Below are positions 39,461 to 49,001 of a DNA stretch of 64,000 nt, one piece after another; within the stretch, counting starts at the first letter, position 1, and each line of letters opens with the position of its first letter. A program made the translations under genes and the position numbers. The stretch covers positions 64,001 through 128,000 of IMG/VR virus record IMGVR_UViG_3300047476_000704. One strand, written 5' to 3'. The notes beneath the pieces are model-generated. The model had not been told where the DNA came from. It saw nothing but the letters and a program-made list of their open reading frames with translations, and searched no databases. The stretch comes from a virus.

Positions 39461-40093
39461 TTAGAACTCTCCAGCATCTGAACCAGCTTCTACTGCCGCT
39501 AATCTACTTGCCACCGAGCCAGAAAATGCTAATACATCACCAATTCCATAAAGAGAACCACTAAATCCATTTGTTATTGATATTTCTGCAAACTTTGTAC
39601 CATCGTACTTTATATCAATCGCAGTTGGTGTTGGTGTGATATTGTGAATATGAGAACCACTATTTTCTAAATATCCAACATACCCAGCAGTTGGGTCTGT
39701 ATTAAAATCATAGTTGTTAGCTGCCGATACTACAACATTTGTTAATCTACTACCATCTCCTACAAAGTAGGAAGCGGTAACCGAACCTCCAAAATCAATA
39801 TCACCTAAACCAACAACATCACCATTTACAAATATACTACCAGTTACATCCAAATCTTGCTTCACAACAAGTTCATCAAATGAACCAGTACCCAATACCG
39901 TAATATTACCAACAGTTTCACTATTAGTAGTTACTAATTGTTCAATACTTTCAGACGAACCCGATTTATGGATGTACGCTTTACCATCGTAAGTGTTTAA
40001 TCCAATCTCACCAACAAATAATGAAGATGTAGTTGGTACACTTCCTGATGTATTCGAACGTCTTTGTAGTATTTTTTGATTTGGTACAGCCAT
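39461..40093 (-). CDS. Fibre-associated protein with Mtd-N-like domain
   Basis: ILQRRSN...GEIGLNTYDGKAYI; ends DAGEF. Confidence 0.75.
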   Translation of the reverse strand: MAVPNQKILQRRSNTSGSVPTTSSLFVGEIGLNTYDGKAYIHKSGSSESIEQLVTTNSETVGNITVLGTGSFDELVVKQDLDVTGSIFVNGDVVGLGDIDFGGSVTASYFVGDGSRLTNVVVSAANNYDFNTDPTAGYVGYLENSGSHIHNITPTPTAIDIKYDGTKFAEISITNGFSGSLYGIGDVLAFSGSVASRLAAVEAGSDAGEF

Positions 40094-40130
40094 TTTAATT
40101 GATGTTTTTCGTGTCTATATAGTTTATCAA

Positions 40131-40150
40131 ATTAGCCCCGAAGGGCTAAT
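40131..40150 (-). terminator. Hairpin with UUCG loop (terminator-like)
   Basis: ATTAGCCC-TTCG-GGGCTAAT followed by TTG; weak U-tract. Confidence 0.6.
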
Positions 40151-40155
40151 CGTTA

Positions 40156-43100
40156 TTAAAATGAACCACCATCAATTGTATTACTCATCACAAAATCAGT
40201 TCCGTTCCATTGTGCAATATCACCAGCCGTTGTAGGTGCTGCTATAAACTCAATGTTATCAGTTAAACCTCTAAACGCCAATCGTTTAGTTGAAGAACCT
40301 CCCGGCACATTTAGTGATGCCGTTACCGCAGGTGCTATAATATTTACAGATGAACTGAATGATGTACTAGCATGCACATACTTCAATGATGCACTTGCCC
40401 CTGCAATCTCAATACCAGCTCCATCGGATGTTGCTGATGATGTAGAACCACTTGCTAATGTGATTAGTTTGTCTTCTACATAAAGTTGTCCAGTATTTAG
40501 GGATGTAGTATCACCTTGTACTATTAAATTACCACCAACTATTACATCATTGGTTGTTGTTAAACTATTAAATGTTACATTATTTTTAGTTCCTACTGCT
40601 TGGATTGAACCAGAACCTTCTAATGTTACAACTCTACCTGCTAACGATGCACTTAAAGTAGTTTCACCAGCTGCACTTGCAGAGAATTGTGTATAAACTG
40701 AACTACTCAAAGTGTTTAACGCAGTTGCTGCACTACCACTATAAGCCGATGCCGATGCAAATGCTCCAGCAGCCGCTTGTGTAGCTATTGTAATGTTATC
40801 AGTTTGAGTGTTGTTCGTTGTTGCGATTGAACCACTCAAAGTGTTTAACGCAGTTGCTGCACTACCACTATAAGCCGATGCCGATGCGAATGCTCCAGCA
40901 GCCGCTTGTGTAGCTATTGTAATGTTATCAGTTTGTGTATTATTTGTTGTTGCTATACTACCACTTAAAGTGTTGATTGTAGTGTAGAACGAACCACTAT
41001 AAGCGGATGCAGAAGCAAATGCCCCAGCTGCTGCTTGAGTGGCGATTGTAATGTTATCGGTTTGAGTGTTGTTCGTTGTTGCAATTGAACCACTCAATGT
41101 ATTGATTGTAGTGTAGAACGAACCACTATAAGCGGATGCGGATGCAAATGCCCCAGCTGCTGCCTGTGTAGCGATTGTAATATTATCAGTTTGAGTGTTG
41201 TTTGTAGTTGCAATACTACCACTTAAAGTTGATATTGATGTTGCCGTTGCCGATGCTACCGAAGAACTTACTGCAAATCCACTTGCCGCAATACTAGCTG
41301 ATAAAGCCGTTTGAGAAGCGATACTTGCAGAGAACGATGTTGCTGAACTTGCTGAGTTAGCCGTTATTGTTGCTATACTCGCAGAGAACGATGTTGCTGC
41401 ACTTGCAGAGTTAGCCGTTACCGTAGCCGCACTTGCACTAAATGATGTTGCTACCGAAGCACTATCGGTATAGTAAGATTGTGTAAATGCTAAATATGAA
41501 CCAGATATAGTTTCTAAATTAGCAACCCGTGTTCCTAATGAACCACCACCACCAATTGAACTTTCAATTGTATCCAATCTACTACCAACCGATTGTGAGT
41601 ATGCGCTTACATTACCAATACCAGTAATTGTAGATGAACTAATTAAACCAGTTGTATATAAATCACCAGCAATATTTACAAATGCCGAACTAGCTGAAAT
41701 AATTGAGTTACCAATATGGTCATCCCCAGTTGCTACTGGAACATATCCAGCAGTTAAACCAACTTCCTGCCCTAATGAACCCGTATTTTTAGGTCCAGCA
41801 ATAAGTATAGCCGAATTATATGGTGCACCACTATCGGCCGGATGTTCGTATAACCAATGATTATTTACACTATCCCACCAAAGAGAACCCGTTCCACCTG
41901 CGGAGCCAGAGTCTCTAACAGATATACCACCAAATCTAATAGCAGGGGAGTCTGTATTTAGTAATACAGTATTTGTACCAATATCAACTGCAGATGCAGT
42001 AATATTTTGTAATGATGATTCACCTTGTACAATTAAATTTGCACTAACATAAAGAGAACCCGTAATAGTTTGAGTTCCAGTAAAAATATTATCACCAGTT
42101 AATTTAGCGAATGTTGAATATGCACTACCACTATATGAATTTAATGCGGTTGCCGCACTACCACTATAAGCCGATGCCGATGCAAATGCTCCAGCTGCTG
42201 CTTGCGTAGCAGTTGTTATATTATCGGTTTGTGTATTGTTTGTAGTTGCAATTGAAGCAGATAGAGCAGTTACACTAGCCGCACTTGCGGAGAATGAAGT
42301 TGCTACCGAAGAACTAAAATTACCAGTTACACTTGCTACCGATGCACTTAATGCAGTTGTTGTAGCAGTTGATGCGGAGAATTGTGTATAAACCGAACCA
42401 CTTAAAGTGTTGATTGTAGTGAAGAAACTACCACTATATGCACTAGCCGATGCAAATGCCCCAGCTGCTGCTTGTGTAGCTGTTGTGATGTTATCAGTTT
42501 GGGTATTATTAGTAGTTGCAATTGAACTACTTAAAGTATTTAATGCAGTTGCTGCACTACCACTATATGCAGATGCGGAAGCGAATGCTCCAGCTGCAGC
42601 TGCCGTAGCAGTAGATATGTTATCACTTTGAGTATTGTTTGTTGTTGCAATTGAACCACTTAAAGTATCTAATGCAGAAGCGGCTGATGCACTATTTGCA
42701 GTTATAGTTGCTAAACTAGCAGATAAACGAGTGTTTACCGAACCAGAGTATGTACCATCAAAATATGATTGAGATGCTTCTAATGCATCTACTCTCGAAC
42801 CAATACCAGTTCCACCGCCACCAATTGATGATTCTAAACTATCTAATCTACTATCAACTGAACTTGAGAATGGTTGGATGTTACCAACTAAATTGATTGC
42901 TTCGTTTCCATCACTACCAAGCAAATATAATGTAGAACTTCCACTTGCGTAGTAAGGAACACCATTTAATAAACCGTTATATACGGAAGCAGAAAATACA
43001 TTTGGATTTCCAGCACCACGTAAGAATCGGTTAGCTGCTACTACCGAACCACTTTCTGGAACGATAAATGCAATTGCAGTACCATTGGTTAGTGTTAGAT

Positions 43101-43203
43101 TTGATGAACCGGTTGCAAATACCAATTCACCTTTTTGTAATGAACCGGTAACCGAACTCAAGTTCTCTAAACTACCGCGTCTGTGTTTAATTATTTGTGC
43201 CAT
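40156..43203 (-). CDS. Ser/Ala/Thr-rich long fibre/stalk protein with 43-aa repeats
   Basis: IKHRRGS...GELVFAT start; repeats of TLSGSIATTNNTQTDNITIATQAAAGAFASASAYSG; ends IDGGSF. Confidence 0.8.
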   Translation of the reverse strand: MAQIIKHRRGSLENLSSVTGSLQKGELVFATGSSNLTLTNGTAIAFIVPESGSVVAANRFLRGAGNPNVFSASVYNGLLNGVPYYASGSSTLYLLGSDGNEAINLVGNIQPFSSSVDSRLDSLESSIGGGGTGIGSRVDALEASQSYFDGTYSGSVNTRLSASLATITANSASAASALDTLSGSIATTNNTQSDNISTATAAAAGAFASASAYSGSAATALNTLSSSIATTNNTQTDNITTATQAAAGAFASASAYSGSFFTTINTLSGSVYTQFSASTATTTALSASVASVTGNFSSSVATSFSASAASVTALSASIATTNNTQTDNITTATQAAAGAFASASAYSGSAATALNSYSGSAYSTFAKLTGDNIFTGTQTITGSLYVSANLIVQGESSLQNITASAVDIGTNTVLLNTDSPAIRFGGISVRDSGSAGGTGSLWWDSVNNHWLYEHPADSGAPYNSAILIAGPKNTGSLGQEVGLTAGYVPVATGDDHIGNSIISASSAFVNIAGDLYTTGLISSSTITGIGNVSAYSQSVGSRLDTIESSIGGGGSLGTRVANLETISGSYLAFTQSYYTDSASVATSFSASAATVTANSASAATSFSASIATITANSASSATSFSASIASQTALSASIAASGFAVSSSVASATATSISTLSGSIATTNNTQTDNITIATQAAAGAFASASAYSGSFYTTINTLSGSIATTNNTQTDNITIATQAAAGAFASASAYSGSFYTTINTLSGSIATTNNTQTDNITIATQAAAGAFASASAYSGSAATALNTLSGSIATTNNTQTDNITIATQAAAGAFASASAYSGSAATALNTLSSSVYTQFSASAAGETTLSASLAGRVVTLEGSGSIQAVGTKNNVTFNSLTTTNDVIVGGNLIVQGDTTSLNTGQLYVEDKLITLASGSTSSATSDGAGIEIAGASASLKYVHASTSFSSSVNIIAPAVTASLNVPGGSSTKRLAFRGLTDNIEFIAAPTTAGDIAQWNGTDFVMSNTIDGGSF
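40700..41225. repeat. Four tandem 129-bp repeats (three more related copies at about 42140-42670)
   Basis: Anchor aat(g/a)ttatc recurs at 40792, 40921, 41050 and 41179. Confidence 0.88.
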
Positions 43204-43236
43204 CTTTGTCTGTTATTCCCAAATTTATTAGTTGTA

Positions 43237-43245
43237 TATAAATAT
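43237..43245 (-). promoter_or_regulatory. ATATTTATA putative late promoter
   Basis: Intergenic copy. Confidence 0.62.
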
Positions 43246-43275
43246 CATAAAAACCTAATAATAATCATTTTATTT

Positions 43276-43548
43276 TTAGAACTCACCAGAGTCCATAACG
43301 GAAGTTGTAACCTCTAATTCGTAATCAGTTGCGTAAGTAGTGTTCAATGATGCGGTAAATGTTCCGTAATCGCCTGCTGCCATCAATTCAACTTGTGCCG
43401 ATGAGGAAATTATACCATCAGGTAGTACACCTACAACCGATGAACTTACAATTGATATTACCGATTGAGAAAAATCCGAACCGATTTCAGCTGCTGCTTC
43501 TAATGAAGAACCACTTTCTATTTGTTTTAATGCTATAAATGTTGCCAT
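43276..43548 (-). CDS. Small structural hypothetical protein
   Basis: LPDGIISSSAQV motif; ends DSGEF. Confidence 0.65.
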   Translation of the reverse strand: MATFIALKQIESGSSLEAAAEIGSDFSQSVISIVSSSVVGVLPDGIISSSAQVELMAAGDYGTFTASLNTTYATDYELEVTTSVMDSGEF

Positions 43549-43550
43549 AG

Positions 43551-44279
43551 TTATATTCCGTAAGTTGATTTTATTGCGTTGTAGTTTTGTGTTATTTCTG
43601 CGCCTGATAATGCTTTATTATATAATCTCATTTGATAAAATACAGGATAGTTTGCTGAATTTGAGTTATTCAGTTTATCAGTTGCACCCGTTCCTGCATT
43701 AGTATGTCTTGCACCAAATAAAAATTCAGATGTAGCATAAGTACTAGGATTATTAAGTGTAGCAGTTGTACCTAATTGACTTCCATTTAAATATAAACTT
43801 TTACTTGTCCCATTTATAACAAATATCCAATGTCTAATAGCATTACTTGCAGTTATAGTTGCAGCAGTAGTATTTGCAGTTGGTGAACCCCATGTTATTG
43901 TAGTTGCATTTGGCATATAAGCAAAATAACCTCTACTAAAACTGTAAGCTTCATTACCCCAAATTGTTGCCCAATGTGATGTTGGATTAAATGATGCTAC
44001 AATTTCAATAGTAGATGTTGTACTTGCTACATTATATGGAACGCTGATATAATCAGTTCCCGTATATGCAGCATTGTTTAATCTTATACCACCCCCATTG
44101 TTTGATACATAAGTTGGAGTTCCTTGTAATGTAGCATTGTATCCATTTCCACTCACATCAGTCCAAGTTGTTCCAGATGATGGTGCAGTTTGTAAATTAA
44201 AAACCAATCCGCTAGTAACAAATGGAGATGATACTACATTTCTTGTTACCGTATATCCATTATCAAATATCAATGCCAT
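43551..44279 (-). CDS. Concanavalin A-like/LamG lectin-fold protein
   Basis: GLVFNL...TTWTDVSGNGYNATL...MRLYNKALSGAEITQNYNA. Confidence 0.85.
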   Translation of the reverse strand: MALIFDNGYTVTRNVVSSPFVTSGLVFNLQTAPSSGTTWTDVSGNGYNATLQGTPTYVSNNGGGIRLNNAAYTGTDYISVPYNVASTTSTIEIVASFNPTSHWATIWGNEAYSFSRGYFAYMPNATTITWGSPTANTTAATITASNAIRHWIFVINGTSKSLYLNGSQLGTTATLNNPSTYATSEFLFGARHTNAGTGATDKLNNSNSANYPVFYQMRLYNKALSGAEITQNYNAIKSTYGI

Positions 44280-44283
44280 AATG

Positions 44284-45063
44284 TTATTTTATATAAACTG
44301 CTAATGTATTAAAGTTTGTTGTAATTGCATTTTGAATTGTTGTTACATTTGCCAAACCATATACAGTATTATTTAATCTGTTTGTCCAACCTCCCGTTCC
44401 TAATGCATTTCCACTTCGACCATAAGGTGCATCAGGATATACATTTGTAGGTCCTGCTACTGTCCACCAGTTTGCCGCATCATACAACCAATCACAAGGT
44501 GCCGCTACATTATATGATGATGCAGTCATAAAAGTATAACCCTTTATAGCAGACCAACTACCAGTTAGTGGAGCCGATAGTTTTAATGTATAAGTACCAC
44601 TACCCGTTGCTAAATCCAATGCGTTTGGATTTGAATAAACAACCGAATGTGCTATACTACAACTTGCCAAATGTGGTTGAACCGATGCGGTTGATGCCAT
44701 TCTCATTACTCTACTACATTGTGCACTACCAGTTGCACTATACCATAATTTTTCAGTATCAGCTATGTGTTTATTAAATGAACCAACACTACCACTAAAC
44801 ATATTTGGATACGGATAACCAACAAATGAAGCATTTGAACCAGATGGATTATATGCTACTAACATCCAACCCCCACCATTATCGGTTTGATTACAATAAA
44901 CTTGCATAGAACTTGTCATCATTCCCGTTTGAATGTAATACCAACCATTTGTAGTTTGCCCATTATTATACAATTGAACTGCCGATGTGGCGGGATTATC
45001 TATTGTACCCAATGTAGTTGTTCTACGAAGTATGTTTACTCCACCTGTAAATGTAATACTCAT
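44284..45063 (-). CDS. Fibrinogen C-terminal-like domain protein
   Basis: PATSA...NGWYYI...QVYCNQTDNGGGWMLV. Confidence 0.78.
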   Translation of the reverse strand: MSITFTGGVNILRRTTTLGTIDNPATSAVQLYNNGQTTNGWYYIQTGMMTSSMQVYCNQTDNGGGWMLVAYNPSGSNASFVGYPYPNMFSGSVGSFNKHIADTEKLWYSATGSAQCSRVMRMASTASVQPHLASCSIAHSVVYSNPNALDLATGSGTYTLKLSAPLTGSWSAIKGYTFMTASSYNVAAPCDWLYDAANWWTVAGPTNVYPDAPYGRSGNALGTGGWTNRLNNTVYGLANVTTIQNAITTNFNTLAVYIK

Positions 45064-45070
45064 AACCTTA

Positions 45071-47968
45071 TTATCCTATATATGCTACCGAAAAATTATC
45101 GTTTGAATCAAATGAAATTTCACCCGTTGCTACTACCATTTTAAGTGTATCACCCACTGCTAATTTGGAAATAGTAGAACCACCCGTATGATTCATAGTA
45201 GTATTTGTACCAAATTCAATCATTACCTGTGGAGTTCCAGTAGTTCCAGTTGTATTATTTTTATATACAATAAGTTGAGATATTGTACCCAAACTATTTG
45301 AGTTTGTTCTACAAACCAAATTAACTTGATATAACCCAGCAATTGGTGCAGTAAAGGTACCTGTTGAATTATCCCAACCACTACCTTGTTGATAATCTAC
45401 ATTTAGATAACTACCCGTTAATGGTGTTACTGCTACTTTTGCTCCACCAGCACCAGTTACCCTAAATGCAGGTCTATTTGGCATTGTGATTGAACCACTT
45501 GCTATACTCAATGAACCTGTTACAAATGTTGAACCAGTTATCAATAATGAACCAGTTATTTGCTGTGAACCACTTAATATAATTGTACTACCACTTGTCA
45601 ATATCAATGATGAGCTTGTTGCTATGATTGATGAATCACTAACAAATGTAGAACTTACAGTCAATGAACCAGTTATACCAACTGAACCACTATATTGAGA
45701 TAAACTAAAAGTTGTACCTTGTACACCCTGTGTACCTTGTACTCCTTGTGTACCTTGGTTTCCTTGTGGGCCTTGATTACCCTGCGGGCCTTGATTACCC
45801 TGCGCTCCACTACCGGTTGCCCCTTGGTTACCTTGCGGGCCTTGATTACCTTGTGTACCATTAGAACCATTAGAACCTTGATTACCTTGAGGTCCTTGAA
45901 CACCTTGTGTACCTTGGTTTCCTTGAGGCCCTTGCGAACCTTGTGTTCCTTGTGAACCTGCTGAACCTGATATATTTCGTATTCTAGTATCTAATGATGA
46001 ACTGAATGATGTTAGTGAACCAGTTAGTTCTGTGAAGTTTGTAGAACCAGATAAAATTAGTGAACCAGTTATTTCTAATGTACCACCATTTTTAATATAC
46101 AAATTACTACCACTTGTCAATGTAAATGATGAAGTGTTTGTTAGTAATGCAGAATCACTAATTCCAATTGAACTTACAGTTAATGAACCAGTAATACCAA
46201 CCGAACCGCTGTATTGCGAAATATTAAATGTTGTACCTTGTGTACCCTGATTTCCTTGCGGTCCTTGATTACCCTGTGGTCCTTGGTTTCCTTGCGTACC
46301 ATTTGTACCATTAGCTCCTTGATTACCTTGCGTACCTTGTGGTCCTTGACTTCCCTGTGGGCCCTGTGAACCACCTGAACCAGATATATTTCGGATTCTA
46401 TTATCTAATGATGCGCTAAATGATTGTAATGAACCAGTTATTTCAGTAAAATTAGCAGAACCAGATACTACCAATGAACCAGTCATAATTTGATTACCAT
46501 CAAAAATATTACTACCTTTTGTAGCTAAATTTGGTGCACCATATACATTACCTGGTACAGTCAAATCACCATTGTTATCAAATTCCCAAGCATAATCACC
46601 ATCTCCGGCATCGGTAGTCAATACAATACTATCGTTGATACCAACTACAATATTTATATTATCACCAGATGCACCAGTTATTTGGTTTATTAACCCGTCG
46701 TGGCTAAACACAACACCACCTACTGATGTGTAAAAATTACCATCATTACCAAATCTATAATTAGAATTGTTTGATGTAACTCTAATATCACCAGATGAAG
46801 ATATATGAATATCATCATCATTTTGATATATTTGAGTTCCGTTATTGAAAATTACACTTCCACTCACATATTGTGAACCACTAAATTGATTTGAACCAGT
46901 AGTTGCTAAATTAGCTATTGATGGTATTGAATTTATTATATTTGTTAAATTGTCTGTAATAGTATAACCCGTTGAATTATTAACCACATTAGTATCACCA
47001 ATAACTCCTGCTAAATATCCATCAGTAATTATACCATTTCCCGCATTAGCAGAACGAAGATAAACATCACCATCTGCATCAAAAACAATATCACCAGAAG
47101 TTGCTACTAATGTTATATCCGAATTTGTAATTGTATCAGTTGTAAAAGTAAAATCCGCAACATCAGCTGCTGTACCACTTGCACCCTGATTACCTTGTGG
47201 TCCTTGACTACCTTGTACACCAGCAGCTCCCGATGTTCCTGATGTACCATTTCCACCTGCAGCACCATCTAAATTAGTTGTCCAATTTGTAAATGAACCT
47301 AATGCATTTATATTCGTAACATTTAATACCAATACACCAGTATTACTATCATAAGATACAACATCACCATGAAAATGTTCTGTTAATGAATGCGCTACAA
47401 TAATGTGTTGAGCTACTGTATATGATAAACCAGCCGATGTTGTTAGTGTTTTATTTACACCCGTATTTAAGGTTGATAAATCAATAGTATCTGTCGATGT
47501 TCCAATATAGATACCACTTTCACCCGATGTACCAGATGTACCAGTAGTTCCAGATGTTCCATTTGCACCTTGATTGCCTTGAGGTCCTTGTACCCCACTA
47601 CTACCAGCAGTTCCATTTATACCTTGAGGTCCAATTGGTCCTTGATTGCCTTGCGGGCCCGTTGCTCCACTTGTCCCACTTGTACCAGATGTTCCCGTTG
47701 AAACTGATGATGAAATTTCGTTTATTCTACTATGGAACGATGCAGAATTTGTATTAAATATTGTGGTAGCTAATTTAGTATCAAGTGAATTACTCAATGC
47801 AGTTGTTACTAAATCCGTTGCAAATGTAGTATCTAGCGAAGATGTTAATTGGTTTATTGAAATTTTATAAGTTGTACTACCAGATATACCAACCACAAAA
47901 GTTGTATCTAATGTAGCAGGACTTAATGCAGGTAATTCCGATATTTTTTTTGTTGGTGTAAATCTCAT
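45071..47968 (-). CDS. Collagen-like fibre with C-terminal C1q/TNF-like domain
   Basis: Gly-X-Y tracts; RPAFRV...WDNSTGTFTAPIAGLYQV...LAVGDTL...FSVAYIG. Confidence 0.82.
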   Translation of the reverse strand: MRFTPTKKISELPALSPATLDTTFVVGISGSTTYKISINQLTSSLDTTFATDLVTTALSNSLDTKLATTIFNTNSASFHSRINEISSSVSTGTSGTSGTSGATGPQGNQGPIGPQGINGTAGSSGVQGPQGNQGANGTSGTTGTSGTSGESGIYIGTSTDTIDLSTLNTGVNKTLTTSAGLSYTVAQHIIVAHSLTEHFHGDVVSYDSNTGVLVLNVTNINALGSFTNWTTNLDGAAGGNGTSGTSGAAGVQGSQGPQGNQGASGTAADVADFTFTTDTITNSDITLVATSGDIVFDADGDVYLRSANAGNGIITDGYLAGVIGDTNVVNNSTGYTITDNLTNIINSIPSIANLATTGSNQFSGSQYVSGSVIFNNGTQIYQNDDDIHISSSGDIRVTSNNSNYRFGNDGNFYTSVGGVVFSHDGLINQITGASGDNINIVVGINDSIVLTTDAGDGDYAWEFDNNGDLTVPGNVYGAPNLATKGSNIFDGNQIMTGSLVVSGSANFTEITGSLQSFSASLDNRIRNISGSGGSQGPQGSQGPQGTQGNQGANGTNGTQGNQGPQGNQGPQGNQGTQGTTFNISQYSGSVGITGSLTVSSIGISDSALLTNTSSFTLTSGSNLYIKNGGTLEITGSLILSGSTNFTELTGSLTSFSSSLDTRIRNISGSAGSQGTQGSQGPQGNQGTQGVQGPQGNQGSNGSNGTQGNQGPQGNQGATGSGAQGNQGPQGNQGPQGNQGTQGVQGTQGVQGTTFSLSQYSGSVGITGSLTVSSTFVSDSSIIATSSSLILTSGSTIILSGSQQITGSLLITGSTFVTGSLSIASGSITMPNRPAFRVTGAGGAKVAVTPLTGSYLNVDYQQGSGWDNSTGTFTAPIAGLYQVNLVCRTNSNSLGTISQLIVYKNNTTGTTGTPQVMIEFGTNTTMNHTGGSTISKLAVGDTLKMVVATGEISFDSNDNFSVAYIG

Positions 47969-47969
47969 C

Positions 47970-48674
47970 TTATATTACTAATCCTAAATCGTTTTCAGTA
48001 TCTATTATATTTGTATTTAATTCAGTTACAAGGAATATATCATTAAATGCACCACAAATTAAAAAGTTATCTTTCACTAACCCATTTATTAATGAAAATT
48101 TTTCCATTGTAACAACCATATTTGATTTATCATTAAATGAAACTTTATAATCAGTTACATCCAATCGCATTCCACTTACATAAATATCAAAATCTTTTGA
48201 TGTCAAACTATCATATCCTTGCATTGGTGCTTTTGTTGTTATAGTTGCAACATAATAAGTATCATATTCAACTAACAAATCCGGATGTAGTTTAGTATCA
48301 CTTGCTATAAAATCAAACATATCCAATTTATAATCCAATATTTTATCCAAATAATTTGGTTGTACATTTGGTATCGGATTACTTTTTGCTTTTGATGGAG
48401 TTGGTAATGGTTTATCTGCTAATACAGAACCAGTCTCATCGTTCAACACCATATTTACAAACATAGTTGTTTTATCTAATTCTTCATTTTTTATTAGATT
48501 TAATATTGGTGCCGCTCCAATCACTTTTGTTTTTGATGGAATTGGTTCGGGTCTTTCTGCCAATGTAGAACCAGTTTCATCATTTAGAACCATATTACGC
48601 ATTTTATCAAGCATATCACTATATTGATTTGCTTTTAGATTTTTTGCTAATATATTTGGTCTGTGTTTCATCAA
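47970..48674 (-). CDS. Hypothetical protein with internal duplication
   Basis: MVLNDETGS motif occurs twice, 141 bp apart. Confidence 0.65.
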   Translation of the reverse strand: MMKHRPNILAKNLKANQYSDMLDKMRNMVLNDETGSTLAERPEPIPSKTKVIGAAPILNLIKNEELDKTTMFVNMVLNDETGSVLADKPLPTPSKAKSNPIPNVQPNYLDKILDYKLDMFDFIASDTKLHPDLLVEYDTYYVATITTKAPMQGYDSLTSKDFDIYVSGMRLDVTDYKVSFNDKSNMVVTMEKFSLINGLVKDNFLICGAFNDIFLVTELNTNIIDTENDLGLVI

Positions 48675-49000
48675 TGTGGTATGTGCTTAAACATTCCAGT
48701 TACTCTTATATCATCTGTCCCATCTATTGTAAATGGAAAATTTGCTCTAATAAATTTTAACAATACTGAATTACCTCTATGATTTTCCAAAATGTAATCA
48801 TTTGGCAATACAGATTGTCCGTTTATATCTACTCTACTCTTTTCAACTACATTTGTAAGAGTTCCTCTTAAACTATCATCAACCAAAATATACCCATCTA
48901 TTATGAATATAATATAAGTTTCATCACTTAAATCGTGAACATCTACTCTATGTGTGCTAGTAGTTACAAAAGGTTTTACTAACTTTTGAAAATTACTCAT
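48671..49000 (-). CDS. Hypothetical protein
   Basis: 109-aa ORF coupled to its neighbours. Confidence 0.65.
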   Translation of the reverse strand: MSNFQKLVKPFVTTSTHRVDVHDLSDETYIIFIIDGYILVDDSLRGTLTNVVEKSRVDINGQSVLPNDYILENHRGNSVLLKFIRANFPFTIDGTDDIRVTGMFKHIPH

Positions 49001-49001
49001 A

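Noticed and set aside
40700-41225. CRISPR-like array (regular repeats here and the four early-cassette repeats)
   Set aside because: The repeats are in-frame coding units or promoter modules separated by genes, not constant repeats with unique short spacers; no cas genes.
37192-43203. Diversity-generating retroelement, suggested by Mtd-N-like domains
   Set aside because: No reverse transcriptase in the window, and no repeat pair differing only at adenines; the duplicated 93-nt module differs at synonymous sites of mixed base type.
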